In this document: in pieces, positions 17,338-25,909 of the stretch
Numbering within the stretch: position 1 is the first letter of the stretch
How the letters are laid out: each line of letters opens with the position of its first letter
Source of the DNA: a virus
Lineage: Duplodnaviria; Caudoviricetes
IMG/VR virus record: IMGVR_UViG_3300005764_000032
Coordinates: 1-43,446 of that record
Strand: one strand, 5' to 3'
DNA: 43,446 nucleotides
The notes under the pieces: model-generated
The model's database searches: none
The model's input: the letters and a program-made list of their open reading frames with translations, nothing else
Told to the model about the DNA's origin: nothing
Translations under genes and position numbers: made by a program

Positions 17338-18465
17338 ATGGCGTGGACGCTGGTTGGCAATATCAAGGGTACGCCAGGCGCTAATGGCGCTCAAGGTCCA
17401 CAGGGTATTCAGGGCAATCCCGGTAGTCCTGGCGCGACCGGGCCCGGTGTCGCGGCGGGTGGAGCCACCGGCAGCATCCTGACCAAGGCCAGCGCGACCG
17501 ACTACGCCACCCAGTGGACGGCGCAGCTAGCCACCGGCCAGATCGCCGACCGCGCGATCACCAACGTTAAGCTGGGCACCGACACGGCGCGGCTGAACCT
17601 GCTGGTCAATGGCGGCTTCGACATCAAGCAGCGCTCGGCGGCCTCGGTGACGGCCAACGACGGCTACCTGCTCGATGGCTGGCGGACCCAGTTCATCAGC
17701 GGGTCCAGCGCCACGATCACGCAGATCACCTCGACCATTGGCAGCAAAGGCCTGTCTGGCCAGGTGGCCTACACCCACGCCGCCGGCGGCTCCGTTCGGC
17801 AGACCAACCAGTCCTTGATTGAGCAGCTTGGCCAGCTCCGTGGTCGGACGCTGACGCTGGCGGTCTCGGTCAAGAGCACCGTCGCGGGCACAGTCCGCGT
17901 GGTGATCTACGACAGCGTCAGCGGCGCTGTCAACAGCGCGTTCAATGTCGGGACAACCGAAGAGCGACTGACGGTCACGGCGACGGTGGCGGCCGCTGCG
18001 GCGGCGCTGTACGCATGGGTCGAGGTCACCACGGCTTCCTGCACCGTGGAGGTCAACGACGCCATGTTGGTGGTCGGCAGCGTGCCAGCTGACTACGCGC
18101 CGCTGCATCCGGTTGACGAGCTGGCGCGCTGCCTCAGGTACTACGAGATCTCGCCAGGCGGCTCAGGCAGCGTGGGCATCATGATGGGCCAGGCGATCAG
18201 CACCACGCAGGCAGAGGGGCCGTACATCTATCGGGTCGAGAAGGCGGTCGCGCCTAGCGTGACGTTCACTGGCGCGGGCAACTACTACGCCTGCGCTGGC
18301 AACATGGCCCAGATTGCCGGGACCGCGATCGCGCTGGATGGCGCAGCGACTACCAGGTCGGCCATGGTGCGTGTCACGGTGGCGAGCGGTCTGACCACCG
18401 GGCAGGGGTCGGTGATCCAGGCGGTCAACAGCGGCGGCGTCTTTGTCGTTGAGGCCAACCCGTGA
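17338..18465 (+). CDS. Tail fibre / receptor-binding protein with collagen repeats and a CBM-like domain
   Basis: MAWTLVGNIKG followed by GXY repeats, NLLVNGGFDI (CBM-like start), and the ELARCLRYYE motif seen in phage fibres. Confidence 0.8.
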   Translation: MAWTLVGNIKGTPGANGAQGPQGIQGNPGSPGATGPGVAAGGATGSILTKASATDYATQWTAQLATGQIADRAITNVKLGTDTARLNLLVNGGFDIKQRSAASVTANDGYLLDGWRTQFISGSSATITQITSTIGSKGLSGQVAYTHAAGGSVRQTNQSLIEQLGQLRGRTLTLAVSVKSTVAGTVRVVIYDSVSGAVNSAFNVGTTEERLTVTATVAAAAAALYAWVEVTTASCTVEVNDAMLVVGSVPADYAPLHPVDELARCLRYYEISPGGSGSVGIMMGQAISTTQAEGPYIYRVEKAVAPSVTFTGAGNYYACAGNMAQIAGTAIALDGAATTRSAMVRVTVASGLTTGQGSVIQAVNSGGVFVVEANP

Positions 18466-18821
18466 GTGTTCGTCCGGTCGCGTTCAACGCTGCTGACGGC
18501 AGCATCGAGGTGGTCTTCGACGAGCTTGGCCACAGCGGCACGATCCCGGCTGCCGAGATCCGTTGGGCCAAAAAGACTGACGGCTCCGATGACCACAACG
18601 GCATCGTGCTGGAGTGCCCCGACGGCTGCGGAGCGTCATCGGTCCACCCGGTCGGCGGCGGGGCGGCTCCAGCTGCAGTCCAGCAGATGTTTGTGCACAA
18701 GACCGAACGTGACGGCTGCGCCTGCGGCAACGTCGCGGCCAGCAGCAACGCGATCCCTGAGGCGCATGTGCACCTCAACTGTGCGCGCATGGACGGCGAA
18801 GCGCGCTGGGTGGAGGCATAA
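18462..18821 (+). CDS. Cys/His-rich small protein, possible fibre assembly partner
   Basis: GTGA overlap with the fibre gene. Contains CPDGC and CAC motifs. Confidence 0.6.
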   Translation: MSVRPVAFNAADGSIEVVFDELGHSGTIPAAEIRWAKKTDGSDDHNGIVLECPDGCGASSVHPVGGGAAPAAVQQMFVHKTERDGCACGNVAASSNAIPEAHVHLNCARMDGEARWVEA

Positions 18822-18824
18822 GCC

Positions 18825-19019
18825 ATGGCTGAAGGACCGCCCCAGAAACCGATCGTCTACCGCCGCTCCGACCGCCTGGTGGTGGGCGTGCATCCCAAGG
18901 GTGGTGTCGGCAACCAGCACGGGGTCGAGGTGATTGCGATCGAGGAGTACGACAAGTTGTTGCGGACCGATCCGGCGTACGTCACGATTGACGGGCGCAT
19001 CCAGGACACACCGCCATGA
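18825..19019 (+). CDS. Hypothetical protein
   Basis: SD GGAGG upstream and ATGA overlap with the next gene. Confidence 0.65.
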   Translation: MAEGPPQKPIVYRRSDRLVVGVHPKGGVGNQHGVEVIAIEEYDKLLRTDPAYVTIDGRIQDTPP

Positions 19020-21061
19020 GCCTGCTCAGCTCGCGGCGCCGGCCGTATCCGTACCACATGCGCCTCGGCTCGATTCTCGGTTCGCCCAGCGACCGGCTCG
19101 GGTTGATGCTGCTGGCCAGGGATACCGGGCTGCTGATCGGGCGCAAGCAACAGATGCTCGACGGGGTGGTGCCCAGCGTCCAGGAGTACGGCTCCGCCCC
19201 GGTCTACCGCGAGCGGACCTGGACCGGCAAGCCCACCGGTGGCTACGGCGAGCGGGTCCAGTCCGCCTTCGGCGACCGTCGCTACTACTGGGGCATGGAC
19301 ATCCAGGTCTCCGGCGGCCTGTTCGGCAAAGGTCCGCTGCTGCACCCGATCGTCCCGAGCAGCGCCCCCGGTGGCGGCGTGAACAAATTCCTGGATGTGC
19401 CGACGGCGACTCCTGGTGTGTTCGACCAGGTCACGCTGGCCGGGACCAAGGTGTACCGCCGCACCGACGACACCTACACCGGCCAGACCGTGCTGCGTGA
19501 CCTGGCTTCGACCGTGACTGACGGCGTCGTCTTCCAGGGTGGCTTCGCCGGGGCGGCCGCCAGCCTGTACGTCGCCGACCTGAACGGCGAGCTGTGGGAG
19601 CGCACGCCAGCCAACGTGTGGACCCAGTGCACGCTGCCGGCTGGCTTCAACACCTACCGCCTGGAGGTGGTCGGCAGCGAGCTGTGGGCGGCTGACGTCG
19701 TGCGCTCGGTAGTGCGCAAGGTGACCTCCGATCCGAAGGTTGCGGGCAACTGGTCGGGGCCGTTTCTGATCGGCGATCCGTCGGTTCGGATCAGCGCCCT
19801 GCGCCAGACAGCCAACATCCTGGTCATCTTCAAAGAGGACGGCACGCTGTACACGCTCAACTCGGACGGCTCGGCCAACGACCTGTTTCCGGGCACCACC
19901 GTACCGGTCAATCCCGACAACGGTGCGCGCGCGGCGGCCTGGCTGAACGCGCTGTGGTTCCGCGCGGGACCCACGCTCTATCGCCTGGAGATGCCTGGCG
20001 CGGCGCTCGAGCCGATCGGACCGGGCAAGCTGCTCGACAACGCCTCGCCCGTCCGCGGCGAGTCGCGCGCGTTCTGCGGCTGGGGCGGCTACATGGCGTA
20101 CCTGATGATCTGGAACGCGCACGACAACATCAGCTACCTGCTCAGCTACGGCAACTGGGAGATGCGCCAGACCGAGGACGGCGGCGCCTCGGCTCAGTTC
20201 GATGACCAGTGGGATGGCGCGCTCGCGCACTGGACCGGACGTAAGGCCACCGCCATCGGCGTCTCGGGCGCGAGCGGCACCGACCGGCTGTACATCGGCT
20301 TCGCCGACGGCGGCTGGGACTGGATCAAGCTGGTGCCCAATCCACTGGCGGTGGATTCTGGCGCGGAGTTCAACCTGGGTCCAGCCGAGATCGTTTTTCC
20401 CCTCCACCACGCCATGTTCCAGGCCGACCTGAAGCACTGGCTGGGCTTCTCGCTGTTCGGGCCGGTCCTGCGCGTGGGCGACGAGGCGACGGTCTACTAC
20501 CGCATCATGGCTTCGGCTGGCGGACCAGGCACCGATCCGACCGGTGACTGGCTGCTGCTGGGCGAGTTCACGGCCAACGGCCAGCGCATCCCGGCCCCGT
20601 CCAACCTGGCCGGCAACGCCATCTCGCTCAAGATCGCGCTGTCCAATTCCGACTCGAGCAATACGCCGGTGCTCGAGACCCTGGCGGTGCACGAGCGGGT
20701 GGTGCCCGCCTTCAAGCGCGACATCAGCGGCACAGTCGACGGACGGGCCGTTATCAGCCGCCTGGACGGGGCGGCGTACCGACCCAACCCGGACCAGGTC
20801 CATCAGGCGATGATGGATGCGGCGGCCTTTCCGGGTAGCCTGGCGATCGAGCTGCCGGACGAGACGGTCAACGAGATCGCGATCTTCGACTACCGCGAGA
20901 CGCTGCTGCCGCTGGCCGCTGGTGGTGGTCACGCCTGGCAGATCGATTTCTCCGCCACCCAGTTCAGGATCCTGACGCTGTACGGGATCATCAAGCGCTT
21001 GCGGGGGACCAGGATCGGCGACCTGCGCGGGTACACGATCGGGAGCTTGCGTTACCTATGA
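19016..21061 (+). CDS. Putative tail nozzle / tail tubular B-like beta-propeller protein
   Basis: 681 aa, beta-rich, located in the tail module. Function is inferred from size and position. Confidence 0.55.
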   Translation: MSLLSSRRRPYPYHMRLGSILGSPSDRLGLMLLARDTGLLIGRKQQMLDGVVPSVQEYGSAPVYRERTWTGKPTGGYGERVQSAFGDRRYYWGMDIQVSGGLFGKGPLLHPIVPSSAPGGGVNKFLDVPTATPGVFDQVTLAGTKVYRRTDDTYTGQTVLRDLASTVTDGVVFQGGFAGAAASLYVADLNGELWERTPANVWTQCTLPAGFNTYRLEVVGSELWAADVVRSVVRKVTSDPKVAGNWSGPFLIGDPSVRISALRQTANILVIFKEDGTLYTLNSDGSANDLFPGTTVPVNPDNGARAAAWLNALWFRAGPTLYRLEMPGAALEPIGPGKLLDNASPVRGESRAFCGWGGYMAYLMIWNAHDNISYLLSYGNWEMRQTEDGGASAQFDDQWDGALAHWTGRKATAIGVSGASGTDRLYIGFADGGWDWIKLVPNPLAVDSGAEFNLGPAEIVFPLHHAMFQADLKHWLGFSLFGPVLRVGDEATVYYRIMASAGGPGTDPTGDWLLLGEFTANGQRIPAPSNLAGNAISLKIALSNSDSSNTPVLETLAVHERVVPAFKRDISGTVDGRAVISRLDGAAYRPNPDQVHQAMMDAAAFPGSLAIELPDETVNEIAIFDYRETLLPLAAGGGHAWQIDFSATQFRILTLYGIIKRLRGTRIGDLRGYTIGSLRYL

Positions 21062-21636
21062 GCACCCTTACTCCAGAACTTAACCTGGTCCAGGGCGAGG
21101 ACAACGACGACACCGCCGACTACCTGACCAGCGACCTGGCCGACTCGCTGGCGATCATCGACGGTCTGTTCAACAACAGCACCGGCCACACCCACAGCGG
21201 CGCGCACCAGGGCGGTCTGCTCGGAGCGGGTGCGTTTCCGGACAACACCATCCCCGGCGCCAAGCTGGTCGACCTGTCGGTCTACGGGGCCAAGATCGCA
21301 GCGGCCACGATCACCGCGGACAAGCTGGCTGCGGGCATCATCGAGGCACTCTTTAGCGGGACCTGGATCACCCGCAGCGCCGATTACGTCGTGGCCGCAC
21401 CGATCATGTTCGTCTTCTGCACCTCGGGCGTCACGGTCACGCTGCCCGCGGCCGGGAGCACCAATCGTCCGATCACCGTCGTCGCCGTCTCGGGCCAGAG
21501 CGCGATCACGGCTGCCAGCGGCAGCGTCATCGGCGGCTCGATCAACACCTCGAGTGGAGCGGTCATGAACGGTACGTGCAGCCAGGGCGATTCGCTGACC
21601 TACAAGTCCGACGGCACCAACTGGAGGGTGGTGTGA
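21058..21636 (+). CDS. Tail fibre/spike-like protein
   Basis: TPELNL N-terminus, GHTHSG, ITADKLAAG stalk repeats, and a TVTLP...SDGTNW knob-like C-terminus. Confidence 0.7.
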   Translation: MSTLTPELNLVQGEDNDDTADYLTSDLADSLAIIDGLFNNSTGHTHSGAHQGGLLGAGAFPDNTIPGAKLVDLSVYGAKIAAATITADKLAAGIIEALFSGTWITRSADYVVAAPIMFVFCTSGVTVTLPAAGSTNRPITVVAVSGQSAITAASGSVIGGSINTSSGAVMNGTCSQGDSLTYKSDGTNWRVV

Positions 21637-22250
21637 CCTACCTGGCCTCGTCCGCCGGGGCGCTGATCACGGATCGCAACACCTGGCACACCAGGGCCGA
21701 CCAGGCGTGGGGCGCCAGCCGGGTCTGGAACAGCGGCTCGAGCTTCGAGTCAGACTCGGCCACCTGGCACTCGCGCGCTGATCAGGCCTGGGGCGCCAGC
21801 CGCGCCTGGAACTCGGGCGAGAGCTGGGAGCAGGGCTACAACCGGGTCCTGCCGGCTGGTTCCGGGGTCACACCGGTGTCGGTCTCCAACAGCAGCGGCG
21901 GCGGGTCGTTCTCGGGTGGCTCGCTGAGCTTTCCGGGGGTCACGCTCAACCGCGTCGGGCGGTGGGTGGTGATCGCCCAGTTCATCATCAACTCCGGCTC
22001 GCACCCGACCAACGACGCGCAGCCGAACGCGGCGCTGCTGCTCAACGGCTCGACCACCGTCAACATCCCGAACATCGACATCGCCGGCAACGTCTCGCGG
22101 ACCACGACCTACCAGATCGCCGGCCTGGTCACGGCCAATGCGGTGACCGACACGATCGTGTTCAACATCTCGCCTGCGCCGGCGGACGGCAGCTATGCCT
22201 CGTCGGCGATCACGGCCTACTTCGTACCGACACCGACCTACCCCCACTAG
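21633..22250 (+). CDS. Virion protein with two 27-aa Trp-rich repeats and a beta-rich C-terminal domain
   Basis: GTGA overlap at 21633. 81-bp degenerate tandem repeat at 21681 and 21762. Confidence 0.7.
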   Translation: MTYLASSAGALITDRNTWHTRADQAWGASRVWNSGSSFESDSATWHSRADQAWGASRAWNSGESWEQGYNRVLPAGSGVTPVSVSNSSGGGSFSGGSLSFPGVTLNRVGRWVVIAQFIINSGSHPTNDAQPNAALLLNGSTTVNIPNIDIAGNVSRTTTYQIAGLVTANAVTDTIVFNISPAPADGSYASSAITAYFVPTPTYPH

Positions 22251-22259
22251 GAGGAGCTC

Positions 22260-22445
22260 ATGGACGTCGTCTACAACATCGGCCCCGGTGTCCAGCAGGC
22301 GATGACTGATGCCAATGATGAGCCGCGCTCGGACGAGCAGTTTGTCATCCTGGAGCCGGGCCACAAGATCTCGCAGACGTTCGGCCGCGATGCGGTCTAC
22401 TGGTACTACGAGGAGGACAACGCCACCCGGCGATTGCCCTTTTGA
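22260..22445 (+). CDS. Small protein, probable N-terminal half of a frameshifted endolysin
   Basis: SD AGGAGGAG before ATG. Ends CCC TTT TGA. Confidence 0.75.
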   Translation: MDVVYNIGPGVQQAMTDANDEPRSDEQFVILEPGHKISQTFGRDAVYWYYEEDNATRRLPF

Positions 22446-22929
22446 GGTCCCCCCACTGCCCGATGTGGCGACCGACTGGCAGCCGGCGCTGGCCATGGCG
22501 CCGCAGTTCTTCGACTGGACGTGCAGCTCGTGCGCGCTCGACTGGGTGCTGCGCGCGACGGCGATCAACTCGAGCAGCAACCGCTACCAGACGATCCACG
22601 ACATCGGCTACCCCGACAACATCAACCCCCAGTACGGGCTGATGGACGCCGAGGGCGGCGCCCTGCGCAGCGTCTACGAGGGCGTCTACGGCTACGACAC
22701 GGCCCAGGGCTGGCTTTCGTTCGACGAGGTCTACGCGCTCGCCCAGCGCACCACCGGGCAGATGTCCGGGGCGGCCTGGTACCACTGGGTTTCGATCAGG
22801 GGCGTCCAGGGCCCGGACCTGTGGATCGCCAATTCGGCGCCCGGTTACAAGGGCGTCTCCGACATCTTGAGCCGCGCGGACTTCGAGCGGCTGGGGCCGT
22901 TTTCGGTGGTCTATTTGCTGGAGGAGTAA
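22444..22929 (+). CDS. C39-like cysteine peptidase domain, putative endolysin (start uncertain, likely reached by +1 frameshift)
   Basis: QFFDWTCSSCAL...YHWVSIRG...IANSA gives a papain-like Q/C/H/N arrangement. Lies directly upstream of a holin-like gene. Confidence 0.7.
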   Translation, partial: EVPPLPDVATDWQPALAMAPQFFDWTCSSCALDWVLRATAINSSSNRYQTIHDIGYPDNINPQYGLMDAEGGALRSVYEGVYGYDTAQGWLSFDEVYALAQRTTGQMSGAAWYHWVSIRGVQGPDLWIANSAPGYKGVSDILSRADFERLGPFSVVYLLEE

Positions 22930-23091
22930 ATGCAGATCGCGACTGTTGGTACGTACGCGGTGACGGTAGGATGGCTGATCGCACTGGTGGTCCTGCTGCT
23001 GGCGATCCTGGGCCTGGTCGGGGTGTTGCCGACGACACCGACGATCCTGTTCGGCCTGCTGGGAGCGCTGGCGGTGGCGCGCCTGACGTAG
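22930..23091 (+). CDS. Holin-like 2-TM protein (53 aa)
   Basis: Translated by hand: MQIATVGTYAVTVGWLIALVVLLLAILGLVGVLPTTPTILFGLLGALAVARLT. SD GGAGGAG upstream. Confidence 0.7.
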   Translation: MQIATVGTYAVTVGWLIALVVLLLAILGLVGVLPTTPTILFGLLGALAVARLT

Positions 23092-23108
23092 CTCCGCGCG
23101 ACTCGGGC

Positions 23109-23282
23109 ATGCGCATCGACCTGACGCTGTCGATCGGCTATCAGCGCGTCCGGCCAGATACACACGATCGCTGGGAAACCAGGGTGGACTCGCTCGGGCT
23201 GCTGCTGATCGGCTCGGTGGTGACCGTGGTCATCCTGATCATCATTGTCCCGCGCATCCTGGCGGCATTGGGCATTGGGTGA
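23109..23282 (+). CDS. Single-TM membrane protein (lysis accessory?)
   Basis: C-terminal hydrophobic stretch LGLLLIGSVVTVVILIIIVP. Confidence 0.55.
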   Translation: MRIDLTLSIGYQRVRPDTHDRWETRVDSLGLLLIGSVVTVVILIIIVPRILAALGIG

Positions 23283-23497
23283 AGAACGTTGGCGCGCACG
23301 ACCACTGCGAGCATTGCGGGCTAACCGGCCTGGTGGCGCTGCGCGCGGAGCAGGACATGGGTCAGTACGCCCATCCGATCATCTACCGCCACTCGGTGTG
23401 CAAGCACATCATCATGTACCGCTCGGGCGGCAGTCGGCCACCGCGGGCGCACCAGCTGGTGCGCATCGGCGACAAGCTGGTCCAGGTACCGGAGTGA
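23279..23497 (+). CDS. Hypothetical Cys/His-containing protein
   Basis: CEHC motif and GTGA overlaps at both ends. Confidence 0.6.
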   Translation: MKNVGAHDHCEHCGLTGLVALRAEQDMGQYAHPIIYRHSVCKHIIMYRSGGSRPPRAHQLVRIGDKLVQVPE

Positions 23498-23721
23498 GCC
23501 GCCACAAATATGCCGTCGACATCGAGCGGGGCGACCGGGTGAAGGTCGGCAAGGGCCGCATCCAGACCGTGCTCGAGGTCATCCAGACCGAACGCGAGTA
23601 CATCGCAGCCAGCGGTCGTACCGGCATGCGCCCGGTGGTGGTGCTGGTGTTCGCTGTGGGCGATAAGCATGACCAGCGTGCGTATTCGCCGTACCGCGCG
23701 CTCGAGCTCGTGGAGGAGTGA
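23494..23721 (+). CDS. Hypothetical SH3-like small protein
   Basis: DIERGDRVKV...TVLEV pattern. Coupled start. Confidence 0.55.
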   Translation: MSRHKYAVDIERGDRVKVGKGRIQTVLEVIQTEREYIAASGRTGMRPVVVLVFAVGDKHDQRAYSPYRALELVEE

Positions 23722-23722
23722 G

Positions 23723-23950
23723 GTGCGCGCGACGGTGTGGCACGGCGATGCCACCTCGATCCTCGAGCTGGTCGGGGCGGTGGAGCACAACTGCACGTGC
23801 CTGCGCAGTCCGGCCGGCGTGGTGAACGGCTCGTGCCCGGCCCACCAGGCGCTGCTCGACCAGCGCGTGATGGACGGGCTGCTCTTCGCGCGCTTCTTGC
23901 TGGATCGGCTGCTGGCTCAGGAGTTCGGGTGGGATGATCTGCGGGCCTAA
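23723..23950 (+). CDS. Hypothetical protein (NCTC...CPAH)
   Basis: SD GGAGGAG before GTG 23723. Confidence 0.6.
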   Translation: MRATVWHGDATSILELVGAVEHNCTCLRSPAGVVNGSCPAHQALLDQRVMDGLLFARFLLDRLLAQEFGWDDLRA

Positions 23951-24590
23951 CGTCGATCCCTCGCACCCTGGCGGACGGGTCGATCCGGTGCGGCTAGGCC
24001 GCCTGGGTGCGGGCTGGGTCCGCTTCGTCTCGCGCGACCTGCCGGACCTGCACAACTACCGCGACCTGTGCCACGAGTACGGCATCCGCGTGCTGACGGT
24101 GGTGGCGCGCGAGTCCGAGGGCTACCTGCTGCCGGACTGCGACATGTACCAGATCGGCAACGAGCCCGACTCGAGCGGGCCGAGCTCGTGGACGCGCACA
24201 CCCGCGGAGTACATCGAGGACTGGCGGATCTATCGCGAGACGTATCCGGGCTTGCCGATGATCGCGGCGGGCTTCTGCTCGGGCGACGTCTCGTATTTCG
24301 CCGAGGTGGCCCCCCACCTCAACGGCGCCGCCGGCTATGGCGTGCATCCGTACAACAAGACCCCCAGCCAGGCTGGCGACCTGCTGCGCCAGTACCGCAT
24401 GACCAGACGTGACCTGGCGCTGTGGGCGACCGAGTGGAATCGGGACACTGACCAGCTCGTGCCGTTCGCCAGGATGCTGGCGGTCATCGCCGACGCGGCG
24501 TTCTGGTTCTGCGCGCTGGACACGATGGTCCCTGGCTTTGGGCTGCTGGGCACGCCGCGGGAACAGATGTGGGTGGCTTCAGCGCGCTAA
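23934..24590 (+). CDS. Clan GH-A-like glycoside hydrolase (truncated TIM barrel)
   Basis: YQIGNEPD (acid/base), GVHPY and LWATEWN (nucleophile) motifs in the expected order. Confidence 0.75.
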   Translation: MICGPNVDPSHPGGRVDPVRLGRLGAGWVRFVSRDLPDLHNYRDLCHEYGIRVLTVVARESEGYLLPDCDMYQIGNEPDSSGPSSWTRTPAEYIEDWRIYRETYPGLPMIAAGFCSGDVSYFAEVAPHLNGAAGYGVHPYNKTPSQAGDLLRQYRMTRRDLALWATEWNRDTDQLVPFARMLAVIADAAFWFCALDTMVPGFGLLGTPREQMWVASAR

Positions 24591-24610
24591 TAGTTCTTAG
24601 GTCTACCAAG

Positions 24611-24859
24611 TCACTCGGCCAGTCGCTCCTGCGCTTGGGCGAGCCACTCGTCAGGGTCCATGCCAACCTTGCCCTGAGCACGGGCCAGGGCCAGCTTGGC
24701 GAACATCCGCCTGGTCAGGTCACTGACTCCCGGGGGGCATACAAGGTCGATGCGTCCTGATCGTGAGAGCGGGTCTTCGATAATGCTGAACGCGCTCAGG
24801 CAGGTGGCTAGCCACTCGGCCTCTTCCTCCGTCAATTCGAGCGTGATTTTGCCGGTCAT
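24611..24859 (-). CDS. Hypothetical protein
   Basis: SD AAGGAG before ATG. Confidence 0.65.
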   Translation of the reverse strand: MTGKITLELTEEEAEWLATCLSAFSIIEDPLSRSGRIDLVCPPGVSDLTRRMFAKLALARAQGKVGMDPDEWLAQAQERLAE

Positions 24860-24867
24860 ATCACTCC

Positions 24868-25134
24868 TTAGGACTGATTCGTTTCTTCGGGCGTCGTTCC
24901 GTGCAGCGCAGCGTCAGCGATAGCCCAGGCGTTGTAGCTACTGGCGCAGGCACGGTGCTCGCAGAGTTCGTACTCATCGCAGACCCTGCCCTCGCGGTCC
25001 CTGACGCGCTGGAGTGCCGCCCGCAGCCGCTCGTTCTCGGCGCGCAGTTCGTCGCGTTCCCGCCGCGTTTCATCGAGTGCTCGCTGGCCCCAGGAGTACG
25101 CAGCGTCCACATCTGCGCGAGTTGCCCTAGTCAT
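24868..25134 (-). CDS. Hypothetical coiled-coil/Cys protein
   Basis: ERDELRAENERLRAAL heptads. Fills the operon gap. Confidence 0.6.
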   Translation of the reverse strand: MTRATRADVDAAYSWGQRALDETRRERDELRAENERLRAALQRVRDREGRVCDEYELCEHRACASSYNAWAIADAALHGTTPEETNQS

Positions 25135-25171
25135 GGTTGCTCACCATAGCGGCACTTAGGTCTGACAACGT

Positions 25172-25546
25172 TCACCGAAGGCCCCAGCGTTCGGGTGTCT
25201 GGATAAGGTGAAAAGCATGTTCGTGCAGGTTCACGTAGTCCTGCGCGGCGGGCAGCATCATCATCACGTCCACGTCATCAGGGAAGAATGCGGCTCGTAG
25301 TGCTTTGATCTCGGTCCACAGTGGATCGCGTCGGTGGTGGCTGATGCTGACGTGCAGCAACGGGCCGAAACGAGGGGTGTTGTCGATGGTGACTACTACT
25401 GCCAGGCCGTTGGGTCCGTCATAGGTAGCGTGCCCGCTGATATCCAAGTGTCGAACGATTCCTGGCGTGTCGCGGAGCTTCAGCCAGCCGCCCAGCGGCC
25501 ATTTCACGTCGCCTGGCGGAATGCTCAGTTTGAAAGCGCTAACCAC
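25172..25546 (-). CDS. Conserved phage hypothetical protein
   Basis: HVSIS...PLWTEI...FF...LP...YVNLHEHAFHL pattern is common among actinophage small proteins. Confidence 0.7.
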   Translation of the reverse strand: MVSAFKLSIPPGDVKWPLGGWLKLRDTPGIVRHLDISGHATYDGPNGLAVVVTIDNTPRFGPLLHVSISHHRRDPLWTEIKALRAAFFPDDVDVMMMLPAAQDYVNLHEHAFHLIQTPERWGLR

Positions 25547-25548
25547 AA

Positions 25549-25767
25549 TTAGATTCCGTTCTGGCCCGGTCTGCGTAGCTGTTCTTCGATCCGCTCCAGG
25601 CGCTTCTCGACGTCGTCCAGGCGTATGCCGATATCCGGCAGCAGGTTGTCGTGGATCGCTCTGACCAGGCCGAGCACGTCGAGCAGGATTGGCCGCGAGC
25701 CGAGTAGCTCGGCCTCCAGGCGCGCGACCCGCTGCTCCAGTGAGGCCAGACGTTCGGTGTCACTCAT
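25549..25767 (-). CDS. Coiled-coil hypothetical protein
   Basis: ERLASLEQRVARLE...RLDDVEKRLERIE heptads. Confidence 0.65.
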   Translation of the reverse strand: MSDTERLASLEQRVARLEAELLGSRPILLDVLGLVRAIHDNLLPDIGIRLDDVEKRLERIEEQLRRPGQNGI

Positions 25768-25909
25768 AGTAGGTTCGGACCAGGCCGTAGACGCTCCAGA
25801 AGGTGAACATTGCCCAGGCAATCGGGTCGTGTTGGCCAAAGTAGAGACCGATGGCGATGCCCAGGATCACCATCGGGGCCATCAGGATTCGATTGAGTTG
25901 TCGGCGCAT
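25760..25909 (-). CDS. Small 2-TM membrane protein (49 aa)
   Basis: Translated by hand: MRRQLNRILMAPMVILGIAIGLYFGQHDPIAWAMFTFWSVYGLVRTYYE. TGATG-coupled. Confidence 0.65.
   Translation of the reverse strand: MRRQLNRILMAPMVILGIAIGLYFGQHDPIAWAMFTFWSVYGLVRTYYE

Noticed and set aside
815-20932. Long antisense ORFs (815-2428, 2892-4229, 10799-13303, 18857-20932)
   Set aside because: They are shadow frames of GC3-rich sense genes, have no motifs, and fully overlap well-supported CDSs.
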